In this document: in pieces, positions 1-11,048 of the stretch
How the letters are laid out: each line of letters starts with the position of its first letter
Numbering within the stretch: position 1 is the first letter of the stretch
Assembly: GCA_030390025.1 (NCBI GenBank)
Contig: CM059432.1
Coordinates: forward strand, 140,122,001 to 140,186,000
DNA length: 64,000 nt
Direction: 5' to 3'
From: Squalus acanthias
Taxonomy: Eukaryota
Program-made: the position numbers and the translations under genes
Notes under the pieces: model-generated
The model's input: the letters and a program-made list of their open reading frames with translations, nothing else
Told to the model about the DNA's origin: nothing
Databases searched by the model: none

Positions 1-843
1 TCTAGTTAAACTTGTTAAAAGTGCTATCCGGAGGATGGTAACATCTTCAGGCCGTTCCTTTCCTTTAGGGAGAGATAGTCTGACCTTTAGACCCAATTAA
101 GCGTCTCTAGGATTCGGCTACCGCTAACTTTAGTTGAAGGTGAACGTCTGGGGAATACGCCTGATCTGGGGTAGCCCGAAAAGGGCTAGGACTTGTAATT
201 ATCCCTTCACTACTTGGGTGGCAGTAGCGACGAGTGATTTTGTTGGTAGAAAATTCTGATGGCCATTTTGGTGGCAAGCCACACCGCCCTATTATACTTA
301 ATACAAAAGTGTTTCATTGGCTGTAAAGCACTTTGGGATGTCCTGATGATGTGAAAGGCGTTATATAAATATAAGTTCTTCCTTTCTTTCTTCCTTTGGT
401 TTAGAAATTTGTGTTTGCCGCGAAAGTTGCCGGTGTCACCGACAACTGGAGGTAACGTCCGCTAAAAATGGCCGCAATGCTAAGGAGAATAAATTTGTCT
501 GGGGGCTGGAGATTGGTGGTGCAGCATTAACCTTCCATGCAACGCCCTCCTGGTGGCGTTAGTGGAGACCTTCGAGGCGAAGTTGCTGTCCTGAAGCGGC
601 GTTCGAGCTTTGCGCAGACTCTGGGAGCGAGGTTGTTGAGTTCACAAGGAATTGTGGGCAATTAAAAGGGCTATGAATTAAAGGGGCCATGCACTCAGAA
701 CTAATACAAATTAAAATGCAGTGTAAAAAATGTCAGCCCTTACTGCCTTTCAAAAAAAAATTAACATGCGATTATTCAGCTCTTAAAGCTGAATTCCCTT
801 CTGAACCTCAAAAAATGGGAAAACTGCTTCAGCACTAACACAA

Positions 844-1688
844 ATGGCTCAGCAAGCCAGGGAAGGGGCACTCAGGGTCTCGCACGCAGCACTCCAGCTT
901 TGTGCAGGGGTCAACACTGCAAGAGAGGGCCTCTACCCACAGGGGCCAGGAGGCCCTCCAGAAGAATGATGTGGGACCAGATCACCGAGGCTGTCACTGC
1001 CAGCAGTGTCGCTCCCACCACCTGGCTCCAGTGCCCAATGAAGCTTCATGACCTCATACCAGTGGTCGAGGTCGGTGAATGCATCTTCAAAAGCCATCTC
1101 CTACTAACTGCACCACTAGCTTCACACACTGCTCAATGCACAACCCCACCCCCAATCACTCACCTACCAACAATCTGCACTAATCATGAGCCACACCTCC
1201 CATTCCTAGCCTCACCTCACCCCTTTGGAGGAGACGGTGCAGGCCATTCTTGGCAGGGGCATGGCTGAGCCCTTGGCCAGCGGCGGGGCTGAAAGGATAA
1301 AAGATGCTGGTATCCTCGTACGTCATCCTCCTTCTGGCATGCACCTCATGCTTTCTCATCCTCCCCTCACCACAATTCCACCCTTGTGCCTTCCTCATTT
1401 CACACACCCAAAAAATGCAGCCTGCCCAGCCAGTGGTTGACCAAGAAGAGGGAGAGGAGAGTGAAGAAGAAGAAGAAACACCGTCACTCGATTTCACACT
1501 CCCAGCCACCAGCTCCTCAAGGTCGACCAGCAAGGCCATTTGCAGTGTCCCCCACTGAAAGTCAGCAGCCTTCCACCAGCCATGCTGCAGCCACTGGGGT
1601 AGCACTACGTGACATCAGTAGGATAGGCAAAGGCACACACAAGACAGTCACTAAGAGAATGCATAAAGGTGATGATTTGATTTCTTGA
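844..1688 (+). pseudogene. Decayed Harbinger Myb/SANT-like accessory gene
   Basis: From ATG 844: MAQQAREGALRVSHAALQL..(frameshift)..RRPSRRMMWDQITEAVTASSVAPTTWLQCPMKLHDLIPVVE|gt resembles exon 1 of the intact gene (WREVAQSVSSRSMVPRTHVQCSKKFNDLTRVVR|gt). The C-terminal QQPSTSHAAATGVALR matches QQPSTSLAAATEVPLR in the intact gene. Confidence 0.75.
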
Positions 1689-1845
1689 TGTCATATTGGA
1701 TGGATAGATGTATAAAGTGGGATTGGAAAGTTTGCTTTGTGGTGGCTTTTATTTCAGTATTGTGGCCAAGAGGACGCTGTGATGGTCAGTAACAGAGGGA
1801 AGGTAAGGTGTGGGACAAATGTTGAAAGGGGAATTGGGGTTGTGG

Positions 1846-1977
1846 TCACTGGTACCGCAGGCGGATGATTCCATCCCGCATATCCCGGCCAGAAAGGGGC
1901 TGTCTGGGTTGCATCCTTCCTTCTGCTTCCTCCTCTTCGGCTTCTTCCTTTTCCGCTTCCGCCTCTTCCCACTGCGA
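1846..1977 (-). pseudogene. C-terminal remnant of Harbinger transposase
   Basis: Minus strand reads SQWEEAEAEKEEAEEEEAEGRMQPRQPLSGRDMRDGIIRLRYQ*. This resembles the acidic tail and terminus of the 4364-4822 transposase ([12 protein letters not shown]...[13 protein letters not shown]). AATAAA lies on the minus strand at 1748-1753. Confidence 0.65.
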
Positions 1978-2115
1978 GCGGATGCTGTAAATCTGAAATG
2001 ACAGCTTAAAATGCTGGAAATACTCAGCTGGTCAGGCAGCATCTCGACCTGAGATGTCAACTCTGCTCTCTCTCCACGGATGTTGCCTGACTTGCTGAGT
2101 ATTTGCAGCATTTTC
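1972..2115. mobile_element. Inverted (foldback) pair of Penelope-like element 3' ends
   Basis: ATGCTGGAAATACTCAGCTGGTCAGGCAGCATC is nearly the reverse complement of GATGTTGCCTGACTTGCTGAGTATTTGCAGCAT. Both match the PLE end at 44830-44915. Only a mutated hammerhead half remains (GACCTGAGATGTCAACT). Confidence 0.7.
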
Positions 2116-3734
2116 GGTCTGCTCAAAGGCCAGCCTTGACCATCCGAGGCCTTGCGAGCGTCCAGCAGCATTCCCTGCACTCATAAACAACTTTTAACAT
2201 CTATTGCAGCAAGTCACTACTTCAATAAAATCAAAAAAAAACAGTCCAAAAGCTTAAATGCAAACTTACCTGAAAGATGTGTGTGTCTCTTTAAGAGGTG
2301 CTGACACTGCCACTGTCAGCCTGCTTTCACAGCAGGTTTACCTGGCGTGCTTAGGAGCCAGCGCGGAATTCAGCGCTGTGGTCGAAGTTCGGAGTGGTGA
2401 CCTTAAGTCGGCATTGCACACCGATTGATGGCACCACGCCGCCATTTTTTTTCCAGGGCGCAGCACAGAAAGAGGGAGGAAAATGGCGGCCACCGCGGGA
2501 CCCGCCACCAGCTGGTGAAAGAGCACTGGCCGCCATTTTGACGCCTTTTCATGGCGCTAGGGAGTGGCAGTAAGTAGATGAATTTCTAGCCCATACTTTC
2601 TTTCTTCTGATGTTTCCTGACTTCTCCTGTTGCAGTTCACCAAAGCGCTCACCATAGCTAAAGGTAAAAAAAAATCACATCCGCATGTAAAGGATCATTT
2701 CCCCTTGCTGATGGTGCTGACTCTGCCCTTACACTAAGGTGAAAAATAATACATTCCAGGTTTTCTTTTGTTTGGCTTTGTGACCGAGGTTTACTGAGAC
2801 ATTGTTTACATTAAGGCAGCAAAACCAGCCATCAACATGAGGCCCAACCAATTTAGAGACTCCCAATTCAAGCCTGATGTAATTTTTACTCTCTTCCCCC
2901 AATGTCTTATGTTATGCTCTAGTAAGGAAGTATAACAATAAGAATAGAATTTAAAACACTATACCTTCCTGCTTTAAATAATCTTTGCCCTCAATGATTT
3001 TACCCAGGTACAAAAACATTTTAATAATCATAGAATCATAATAGATTCTTGCAGCAAGTCCTGCCCCCACCTCTAACCAGCCAATTAGAGAACAATCCAA
3101 TCCATGTCACAGTGTAAAAGACAAACACAAAGAGAGTTGGAGGTGAGATTTTATTTCTGTCCATAACATTAGTTAAGGTTTTGGGGTAAAAATTCAGTTG
3201 GTTGCGCCTCCCGTTAGCGCCTTAAGCGGGCGCTAATGGGGCGCAAAGCTGCTAGCTCGGGAACTTAACTAGACATTGTGCGGCGGCGCTAAACCTTACC
3301 GCTGCGACCACCTGCGCGCGCAGATTGTGACGTAATTCCATGGTGCAACGCCCTTGTGGCGCCCCGGAGCGGAAATTGAGTGGCGCCCCCTGCCTTACCG
3401 CCTGGCGCATCCAACGACCGGAAGACTGGAACGCTATCAATCGCTGTGGGACTGGGGGGGGCGCTATTTAAAGGGGGCCTCTTCCTGTCTTTTTCTGTGG
3501 TTGACATTTTTGCACCACTCGTTCTGAGAGAGAGAGAGATTCGGAGAGAGAGAAAGAGAGACTTCTGCATTGAGTCAACGCTTTGTGAGGTAGTTTTGCC
3601 TACTGATCCTAACTTTGCTGGTACTTTGGTTGCTGTCCTTCATAACTTTGCTTGCAAAGAGACTATGGGGGCTGCACTGATTGGGGGCGTCGTCCTGCTC
3701 TAGCTGAATCGGAGGACACAGAGACGCAGAGAGA

Positions 3735-4822
3735 GTGGCAATGATGGCCAGACGGAGGAGGGCCAACAGGCGTATGTACAGGAGAGCTTACCCTCCCAGG
3801 GTATATCGTGAACAGCTCTCCTACATTCATATGTCTGAGGAGCTGTGTTTGCGAAGGCTGCGATTCAGCAAGGAGGTGGTCACTGAGCTCTGCCACCTGC
3901 TGCAGCCAGATCTGCAGCCTCAACTGAGGTCCAGGACGTCTCTGTCGGTGGCAGTGAAGGTCACAGTGGCTCTCAACTTCTATGCTACTGGCTCATTTCA
4001 AGCTGCTGCTGGGGACCTCGCCAATATCTCCCAGTTCGCGGTGCATTGCTGCATCCGGCAGGTCACAAATGCCCTCTTTAAAAGGAGACGAGAGTTCATC
4101 TCTTTCCCCATGACCCCAGACAAGCAGCGTGACCGCGCTCTGGGCTTTGCGAGGATAGCGGGCTTCCCCATGGTGCAGGGCGCCATTGACTGCACGCATG
4201 TGGCTTTGCGTGCTCCACATGAGAATGCCGAGGAATTCCGGAACAGAAAGGGGTTCCATTCCTTGAATGTTCAGTTGGTCTGTGACCACAGACAGCTGAT
4301 ACTCGCTGTCAATGCCCACTATCCTGGCAGCTGCCACGATGCTTTCATCCTGCGCAGACTACTGTGGCAGAACTTTTCGAGGCACCGCATCAGCCAGTTG
4401 GTTGGCTTCTCGGGGACAAGGGGTATCCATTGAGCACCTGGCTGATGACACCGCTCCGTACGCCCAACACCCCTGCTGAGCTGCGGTACAATGAGAGCCA
4501 TCAAGCTACCAGGAACATCATTGAGCGCACAATTGGCATGCTGAAGCAACGGTTCCGCTGTCTCGACCATTCTGGAGGAGCCCTGCAGTACTCGCCTGAG
4601 CGAGTATCCAACTTCGTAGTTGTGTGCTGCATGTTGCATAACATGGCAATCCTCAGGACCCAGCCAATGCCACCAGGCCTTGGAGCACCACCAGAGGAGG
4701 AGGAGGAAGAGGAGGAAGAGGACGAGGAGGATGATCATCAGCAGCACCAAGGCGGGAGGGCGGCCCACAATGGTGAAACTGCAAGGGCCGTCCGTCAACA
4801 GCTGATAGCAAGCCGCTTCTAG
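3735..4822 (+). pseudogene. Harbinger DDE transposase (HARBI1-like nuclease family), disrupted by a 1-nt frameshift near 4355
   Basis: ORFs 3735-4433 and 4364-4822 join into one protein: HTH region (VKVTVALNFYATGSF), [68 protein letters not shown]. Restoring one base at CTGCGC(C)AGACT gives [13 protein letters not shown]. An upstream ATG at 3665 runs into TAG at 3701-3703. Confidence 0.92.
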
Positions 4823-5134
4823 GGCCCCTGCTGTGGAAATGGCTTCTGCCATTGCTAACAACATCAATGAACCCAGCACGCAACCCCTAAGCCGGCCAAG
4901 GCACCAATGATTCCAAACACCAAACATGTATATTTTGAATACAAAAACTTATTTATTTTACAAACTCTGTGTGTGTCATTTCCTCATGACAAACTCATAG
5001 AAATAAACACAAAAAAACAGTCATTAACATAACTGGTTCTCACAACCTGGAGATAATATCCAAAACACTAGACAAAAGTTGGACCACGAACCTCGGCCTT
5101 TAATAAAAAAATGACCAGCATTTTGTCACACCTC

Positions 5135-7062
5135 CTACTTTTTGCCCTTCGAGGGTGGTCTCCTTCCCTTGCGCACTTCCCCCCTTCTAACCCTACTGCT
5201 CCTCCGTAATGGGACCTCAGTGGCTGCAGCAAGGCTGGTGGAAGGCTGCTGATCGTTAGACCCTGACACTGCAGATGCCCCTGAAGGACGGCCTCGACCA
5301 GTTCTGGGCCTGGAGGGCCCGGCTGCAGACTGCACCAACTCTGCATGGGCGGCAGCAGTCTGTCCTACAGGCGGTGGCAAGTGCAGTGGAGAAGTGACAG
5401 TGTTGGCAGCAGGAATGCTGTCATCGTGAGAGAGGACAGCAACTCCCTGCTCGCCCGACACACTGGCACTCCCACGGGGCAGCACTTCAGCATCCGGAGC
5501 AATCTGCTGGAGCACAGATTGCTGGCCTGCTGCGGCGCGGTGAGAGCCCCGGGGACATGTGAACGAACCATCGAGGTTGGCAGCAGTCAGTGCTCGCGTG
5601 GCCTCAATCTGAGTCTGCATGAGAGCAGTCAGAGATGGGATCACGGCAGTCAGTGACTGAATTGCAGCACTAAGCGTTAGTGTGGCATCCGCCTGTGCTA
5701 CAGTGAAGTGCTCCACACTCCTTGCCAGTGACTCAATGCATTCGGGCACCCTTTCCACTGCACCCATGAGCTCAGTGTGCATGCCCACCGCCTGGGTGTT
5801 CATTTCTGCGATCAGCCGCTCCTCCTCTGCGTCCATTGCAGTAGGAGTCTCTGGCATACTCTCCCTCTGGGGAGAAGGCCCCCGTTCTTCCCTACCCCCA
5901 TGGCGTTGCTGCAGCCCGCTGGGTCCTGGAGCTTCACCCTCATCAGACCCTTCCCCCCTGCTCCCCTCCAGGGAAGGCGTGTTCCCAGTGTGGGCATGGG
6001 CTTCCTCGGGAGAGGGTGGCACTGATGCTCCGGCTTCCTCTTCCTCCTCGGCTGCAGCTTCACTCCCACTGGCAGCTTCAGGGCCCGTCTCCTCAGCTGG
6101 TGAATCACCATCTGAAAGCAGGGAGGTACAAGAGTGGCTTTAGCGTGAGGACAGGGTGGCAGTAAGGGAGGAATAAGTGCAGCGAGTTAGCAAGTTGGAT
6201 TGAAAGTGTCAAAGGCTGGTGTTGTGAGGGACAAGTGGAAGGACAGAGGACAAAAAGGTGATGACCTTACCATTGCTGTCCAGAACGGGGTCGGCGTCTC
6301 CAGTGGCGACGGGACCGATCACCCGGCTTGCCACAATCCTGTGGACGCGCTCCTCAAGATCGCTGAGGGGTTGCAGCTGAGGCCGCCCTCCACCTGTCCG
6401 TTGCTGCTGTCTCCGATTATGCGCCAGCTTGGCCTGTAAGAAAAAGGACAGCATCTGAGTAAATATACAGCCATGGTCTTGCCTGATGTGCCTCCCATAG
6501 GTGAATAGCCCTTACTGTATACAGCCATGGTCTTGCCTGATGTGCCTCCCATAGGTGAATAGCCCTTACTGTATGCAGCCATGGTCTTGCCTGATATGCC
6601 TCCCATAGGTGAATAGCCCTTACTGTATGCAGCCATGGTCTTGCCTGATGTGCCTCCCATAGGTGAATAGCCCTTACTGTATGCAAAGTGTGGAATGTGT
6701 GTGTGTGTTTCATGAAAGGGCCATAGGTGTTGGATGAGTGTTGTGCATTGGGGTTTTAAGACCCTCTGGCCATAGAGTGAGGTTGAGATGGAGGGATGGA
6801 GAGGTATTGAGAAAAAGCCACTCACCCTGACGACCCGAGTGAGGTCGTTGAACTTTTTGCTGCATTGAACATGGGTCCTGGGCACCATGCTCCTGGAGGA
6901 GACGCTCTGAGCCACCTCCCTCCACACTCTTCTGTACTCGCGTGGCAAAGGCCTCCTGCCACTCTCAGGGAAGAGTATACATCTTCTGCGCTCCACCGCG
7001 CCAACCAGAGCATCCAAGGCCCGCTCGGTGAAGCGCTGAGCTCGTTCTCTCACCCTCTCCAT
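5135..7062 (-). CDS. Harbinger Myb/SANT-like (trihelix) DNA-binding protein, three exons: 7062-6826, 6433-6271, 6111-5135; 458 aa
   Basis: Exon 1 is 237 nt and ends AGG|GTGAGT. Exon 2 is 163 nt, begins after TTCTTACAG| and ends AATG|GTAAGG. Exon 3 is 977 nt and begins after TGCTTTCAG|. Phases are compatible and the total of 1377 nt has no internal stop. The N-terminus has a Myb/SANT-like motif (RFTERALDALV..WREVAQSV..RTHVQCSKKFNDL..KLAHNRRQQQRTGGG), followed by an acidic linker, a coiled-coil-like segment and a basic tail. Confidence 0.88.
6464..6685. repeat. 54-bp minisatellite, 4 near-identical copies, in intron 1 of the Myb/SANT gene
   Basis: Unit CAGCCATGGTCTTGCCTGATGTGCCTCCCATAGGTGAATAGCCCTTACTGTATR starts at 6468, 6522, 6576 and 6630. 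Confidence 0.95.
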
Positions 7063-7539
7063 CCTTGGCAGCAAAATGGATTCACAGGTCTCTCCAGGCC
7101 GAGATTCAAGGCTGCAATGAGCAGGGTGTGGCTGGGGAGCAAGTTGGCCCCCCCCCCTTTAAGAAGTGGCCGGCGCCAGTGTGTCTGTGTTCCCTCGCTA
7201 ACTGGCAGCACCTGCGCTGCGCTCGCGCGCTGAGTTAGCGCCTCACTGCTCGGCCTTTGCGCCTTAAGACAGGTGTGCAGCGCCTGATTTAGCACTCCAC
7301 TCACCTCCCGGGGCGGTAAAAGTGAAGTTTCCAGTCAGTGGCGATAATTAGCGCCAGGCGCTAATATTTGCGTCCAGACGATATTTGCGCCCCAAACGGG
7401 GCGCGACCTAATTTTTCCCCCTTGTCTGTAAAAGTATATGGTTTTAGAAATGTAGCATTGTAGCATCCTTTCAATCAATCTGATTCCAGAATCCAAGACC
7501 TATCTTTCATTAACCGATTATATCCTAGAATCTTAATCA

Positions 7540-8120
7540 TCAACAACAACAACAATTTGCATTTATATAGCGCCTTTAATGTAGCCAAACGTCCCAAGTT
7601 GCTTCACAGGAGCGTAATCAAACAAAATTTGACACCGAGCCACATAAGGAGATATATATATCTACATATAGGTTTTAAGGAGCGTCTTAAAGGAGGGGAG
7701 AGAGGTAGAGAGGCAGAGAGGTTTAGGGAGGGAATTCCAGAGCTTAGGGCCTCGGCAGCTGAAGGCGCGGCCACCAATGGTGGGGCGATTAAAATCGGGG
7801 ATGCGCAAGAGGCCAGAATTGGAGGAGTGCCGATATCTCGGAGGGTTGTAGGGCTGGAGGAGGTTACAGAGATAGGGAGGGGCGAGGCCATGGAGGGATT
7901 TGAAAACAAGGATGAGAATTTTAAAATCGAGGCGTTGCCGGACCAGGAGCCAATGTATGTCAGCGAGCACAGGGGGTGATGGGTGAACGGGACTTGGTGC
8001 GAGTTAGGACACAGGCAGCCGAGTTTTGGATGAGCTCAAGTTTATAGAGGGTGGAAGATGGGAGGCCAGCCAGGTGAGCGTTGGAATCGTCAGGTCTAGA
8101 GGTAATTAAGGCACGGATCA
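7540..8120 (-). mobile_element. L2 LINE 3' fragment
   Basis: Minus strand encodes LADIHWL..RLDFKILILVFKSLHGLAPPYL..GGRAFS..GPKLWNSLP, the same as the C-terminus of ORF 48048-49670. (TTG)n tail. Confidence 0.85.
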
Positions 8121-9284
8121 GGATCAGTTCCCAGTACAAGCTCCTCACTCTGCTATTTCTTCACTACAGACCCTGCTGCCACTGAGAGATGAGGTACAGT
8201 AAAGGGCATGAGTAAGAACAAGTGTCAGAGACAACAGCTGTACAGAGACAGTGAACATCTGTGAGAGAGGCAGAGAAACACTTCAAGACAAACAGAAAGA
8301 CAGTCAAAATGAAAGAGAAAGAATTTGAGAGAGTATTAAACGAGCAGAGAAACAGTTACGGAAAGAGCGAGCTACAACTTGCCTTTTGTCGTATTTATGG
8401 GAGATCGACTAGCAAAAATGAAAGAATCCTCAAATAACACTGCTCAAATATCACCACGGATGATTGTGCACATAAAAGCAAAATAAAAAGTATATCAAAT
8501 TTCTTTGTAGTGTGCAAAAATGTGCCAAATTCTCGCTGGCTGTACAATATGTTTAGAGGCAATTGAGGACATTCAGACCCAAGTGGAAATATCCTCACAA
8601 GATGGTCAAACACGTGACTGGATGTCAGCCAATCACCCATTTCAGTAGTTCTGTGGCGATAGCGTTCTCTCTTCCTATCTGAGCACTTTTTTTAAACAGC
8701 AGTGGCTCTAAGTGTCGCTCAAAGTGTTATCACCTAGTGCTAAAGGTGGTGTTGCTGCGTTCCTGTAGTTAGAAATGTAAACACAGCGTACAAGATAAGA
8801 GCCTGTTCACTAGAGTTGGAATCGGAAAGAAGCTCCAACGTCACAGATAGACGATGGGGAGCAAATAGGAAGGATGCAAAAAGTTTATTCGTCCATCCAA
8901 TTCAGACTAATCTTTACCATTTAATTCAATTATACCAAATTAGGGATGCCTCATCCTGACTGTAACCAAAATCCACTTTGACAGAACATTGTGGGTCGGG
9001 GGTCTCCAGCAGAACCTGCAACGAGTCTGGAAATGCAACCATTTGGCTGCAGGTCTAATGCAAGCCTGGTGTACCTACCGGTTTAGTCGAAGCACTGGTG
9101 ACTGAGTACGCTGTAAACCTACAAGTACAGATACCTGCGAGCGTGGATTTAATCTAAAATTCAGTTATATTTTACCGAGTGAGTTGCTTAGAGCCAGCTG
9201 TACGGATAAACAAACAGCTGGTCTGGAGCATTCCCGAGGAGAGCTGATCTCTCTTAAAAATACACTCCAGACAGCTTGGAGTTT

Positions 9285-9880
9285 TCATAGAATCATAGAA
9301 AGTTGCAGCACGGAAGGGAGGCCATTCGGCCCATCGTGCCTGTGCCGGCTCTTTGAAAGAGCTACTCAATTAGTCCCACTCCCCCCGGCTCTTTCCCCAT
9401 AGCCCTGAAAATATTTTCTTTTCAAGTATTTATCCGATTCCTTTAGAAAGTTACTATTGAGTCTGCCTCCACCACCCTTTCAGGCAGCGCGTTCCCGATC
9501 ACAACAACTCGCTGTGTAAAAAAATTCTCCTCATCTCCCCCTCTGGTTCTTTTGCCAATTACCTTAAATCTGTGCCGTCTGGTTACCTGCCAGTGGAAAC
9601 AATATTTTCCTTATTTACTCTATCAAAACCCCATATAATTTTGAACACCTCAACTAAATCTCCTCTTAACCTTCTCTGCTCTAAGGAGAACAATCCCAGC
9701 TTCTCCAGTCTCTCCACATAACTGATGTCCGTCATCTTTGGCATCATTCTGGTAAATCTCTTCTGCACCCTCTCCAAGGCCTTGACATCCTTCCTAAAGT
9801 GTGGTGCCCAGAATTGGGCACAGTACTCCAGCTGAGGCCTAACCAGCTCAAAGGTTTAGCAATAACTTCCTTACTTTTGA
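9285..9880 (-). mobile_element. CR1 LINE 3' fragment
   Basis: ERVQKRFTRMMP..ERLEKLGLFSLEQRRLRGDL motif and a CR1-type 3' UTR. Confidence 0.85.
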
Positions 9881-10136
9881 ACTCTATGCCTCAAAATCAC
9901 GGGGGGGTCTTCTTCATTGCCGGAATGGCCTCCCCATGGCAGCTCACCAAAGGTCACAATAGACCCCCGAGAGTGGTGAGGATGTGGAACTCGCTGCCAC
10001 ATGGAGAGGTTGAAGCAGAGAGCACTGATGCATTTAAGGGGAGGCTTGATGCATACACGAGTGAGAAGGGAATACGGGATATACAGGGGGCAGGGTGGGA
10101 AGAGGTAATTAGAGTGGGAGGAGGCTCGTGTTTTGA

Positions 10137-10850
10137 TTTTATTCATTCATGGGTTGTGGGCATTGCTGGCAAGGCCAGCATTTATTGCCCATCCCTAATT
10201 GCCCTTGAGAAGGTGGTGGTGAGCCGCCTTCTTGAACTGCTGCAGTCCGTGTGGTAAAAGTACTCCTACAGTGTTGTTAGGTAGGGATTTCCAGGATTTT
10301 GACCCAGCGACAATGAAGGAACGGCGATATACTTCGAAGTCAGGATGGTGTGTGACTTGGAGGGGAACTTGGAGGTGGTGATGTTCCCATGCGCCTGCTG
10401 CCCTTGTCCTTCTAGGTGGAAGAGGTCGTGGGTTTGGGAGGTGCTGCTGAAGAAGCCTTGGCGAGTTGCTGCAGTGCATCTTGTAGATGGTACACACTGC
10501 AGCCACTGTGCGCCGGTGGTGGAGGGAATGTTTAAGGTGGGAGATGGGGTGCCAATCAAATGGGCTGCTTTGTCCTGGATGGTGTCAAGCTTCTTGAGTG
10601 TTGTTGGAGCTGTATTCATCCAGGCAAGTGGAGAGTATTCCATCACATTCCTTACTTGTGCCTTGTAGATGGTGGAAAGGCTTTGGGGAGTCAGGAGGTG
10701 AGACATTCGCCGCAGAATACCCAGCCTCTGACCTGCTCTTGTTGCCACAGTCTTTATGTGGCTGGTCCAGTTAAGTTTCTGGTCAATGGTTACCCCTAGG
10801 ATGTTGATGGTGGGGGATTCGGCGATGGTAATGCCGTTGAATGTCAAGAG
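10137..10850 (-). mobile_element. 3' fragment of a third LINE family (CR1-group, Zenon/Crack-like; clade uncertain), nested in a + strand CR1 3' end
   Basis: ILGVTIDQKLNWTSHI..STIYKAQVRNVMEYSPLAW..LDTIQDKAAHLI, with a distinct 3' tail. CR1 sequence on both sides (9965-10130 and about 10852-10920). Confidence 0.7.
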
Positions 10851-11048
10851 GAGGTGTGGAGTATAAGCACCGGCACAGACCTATTGGTCCGAATGAGCTA
10901 TTTCTTGCTGTAGATTCTATGCAACTCCCTGTTCTTTGAATAGTATTATGGGATCTTTAATATCTAGTTGAGCGAGCAGCCGGGGACCTCAGTTTAGCGT
11001 CTCATCTGTGCGCAGTTTATGTGTGTTTATTAACAAAAGAGCCTCAAT

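Larger units (their letters stand above)
398..2592. mobile_element. Internally deleted, non-autonomous PIF/Harbinger DNA transposon
   Basis: Left end GGTTTAGAAATTT (398) matches the reverse complement of the right end GGGCTAGAAATTC (2580-2592). It contains a decayed Myb/SANT gene (+) and a transposase C-terminus (-) in convergent orientation, as in the 3183-7421 element. No matching TSD. Confidence 0.75.
3183..7421. mobile_element. Near full-length PIF/Harbinger DNA transposon (transposase plus Myb/SANT-like gene, convergent)
   Basis: TIRs GGGGTAAAAATT (3183) and GGGGGAAAAATT (reverse complement ending 7421), 11/12 identical. The 3-bp flanks are TTT and TTG (imperfect TSD). GC-rich subterminal regions and two convergent genes are typical of the superfamily. 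Confidence 0.92.

Noticed and set aside
1..290. Possible 5' region of a retroelement on the minus strand
   Set aside because: Cut off by the window edge, with no diagnostic motif.
2044..2065. Fourth hammerhead ribozyme
   Set aside because: The CUGANGA half is absent and GAAACGUU is mutated to GAGAUGUC.
3735..4822. Domesticated HARBI1 gene
   Set aside because: It is frameshifted and lies between TIRs with a Myb partner, so it is a transposon copy rather than the host gene.
6464..6685. Regularly spaced repeats resembling a CRISPR array
   Set aside because: Head-to-tail tandem copies with no unique spacers, no cas genes, and a eukaryotic intron context.
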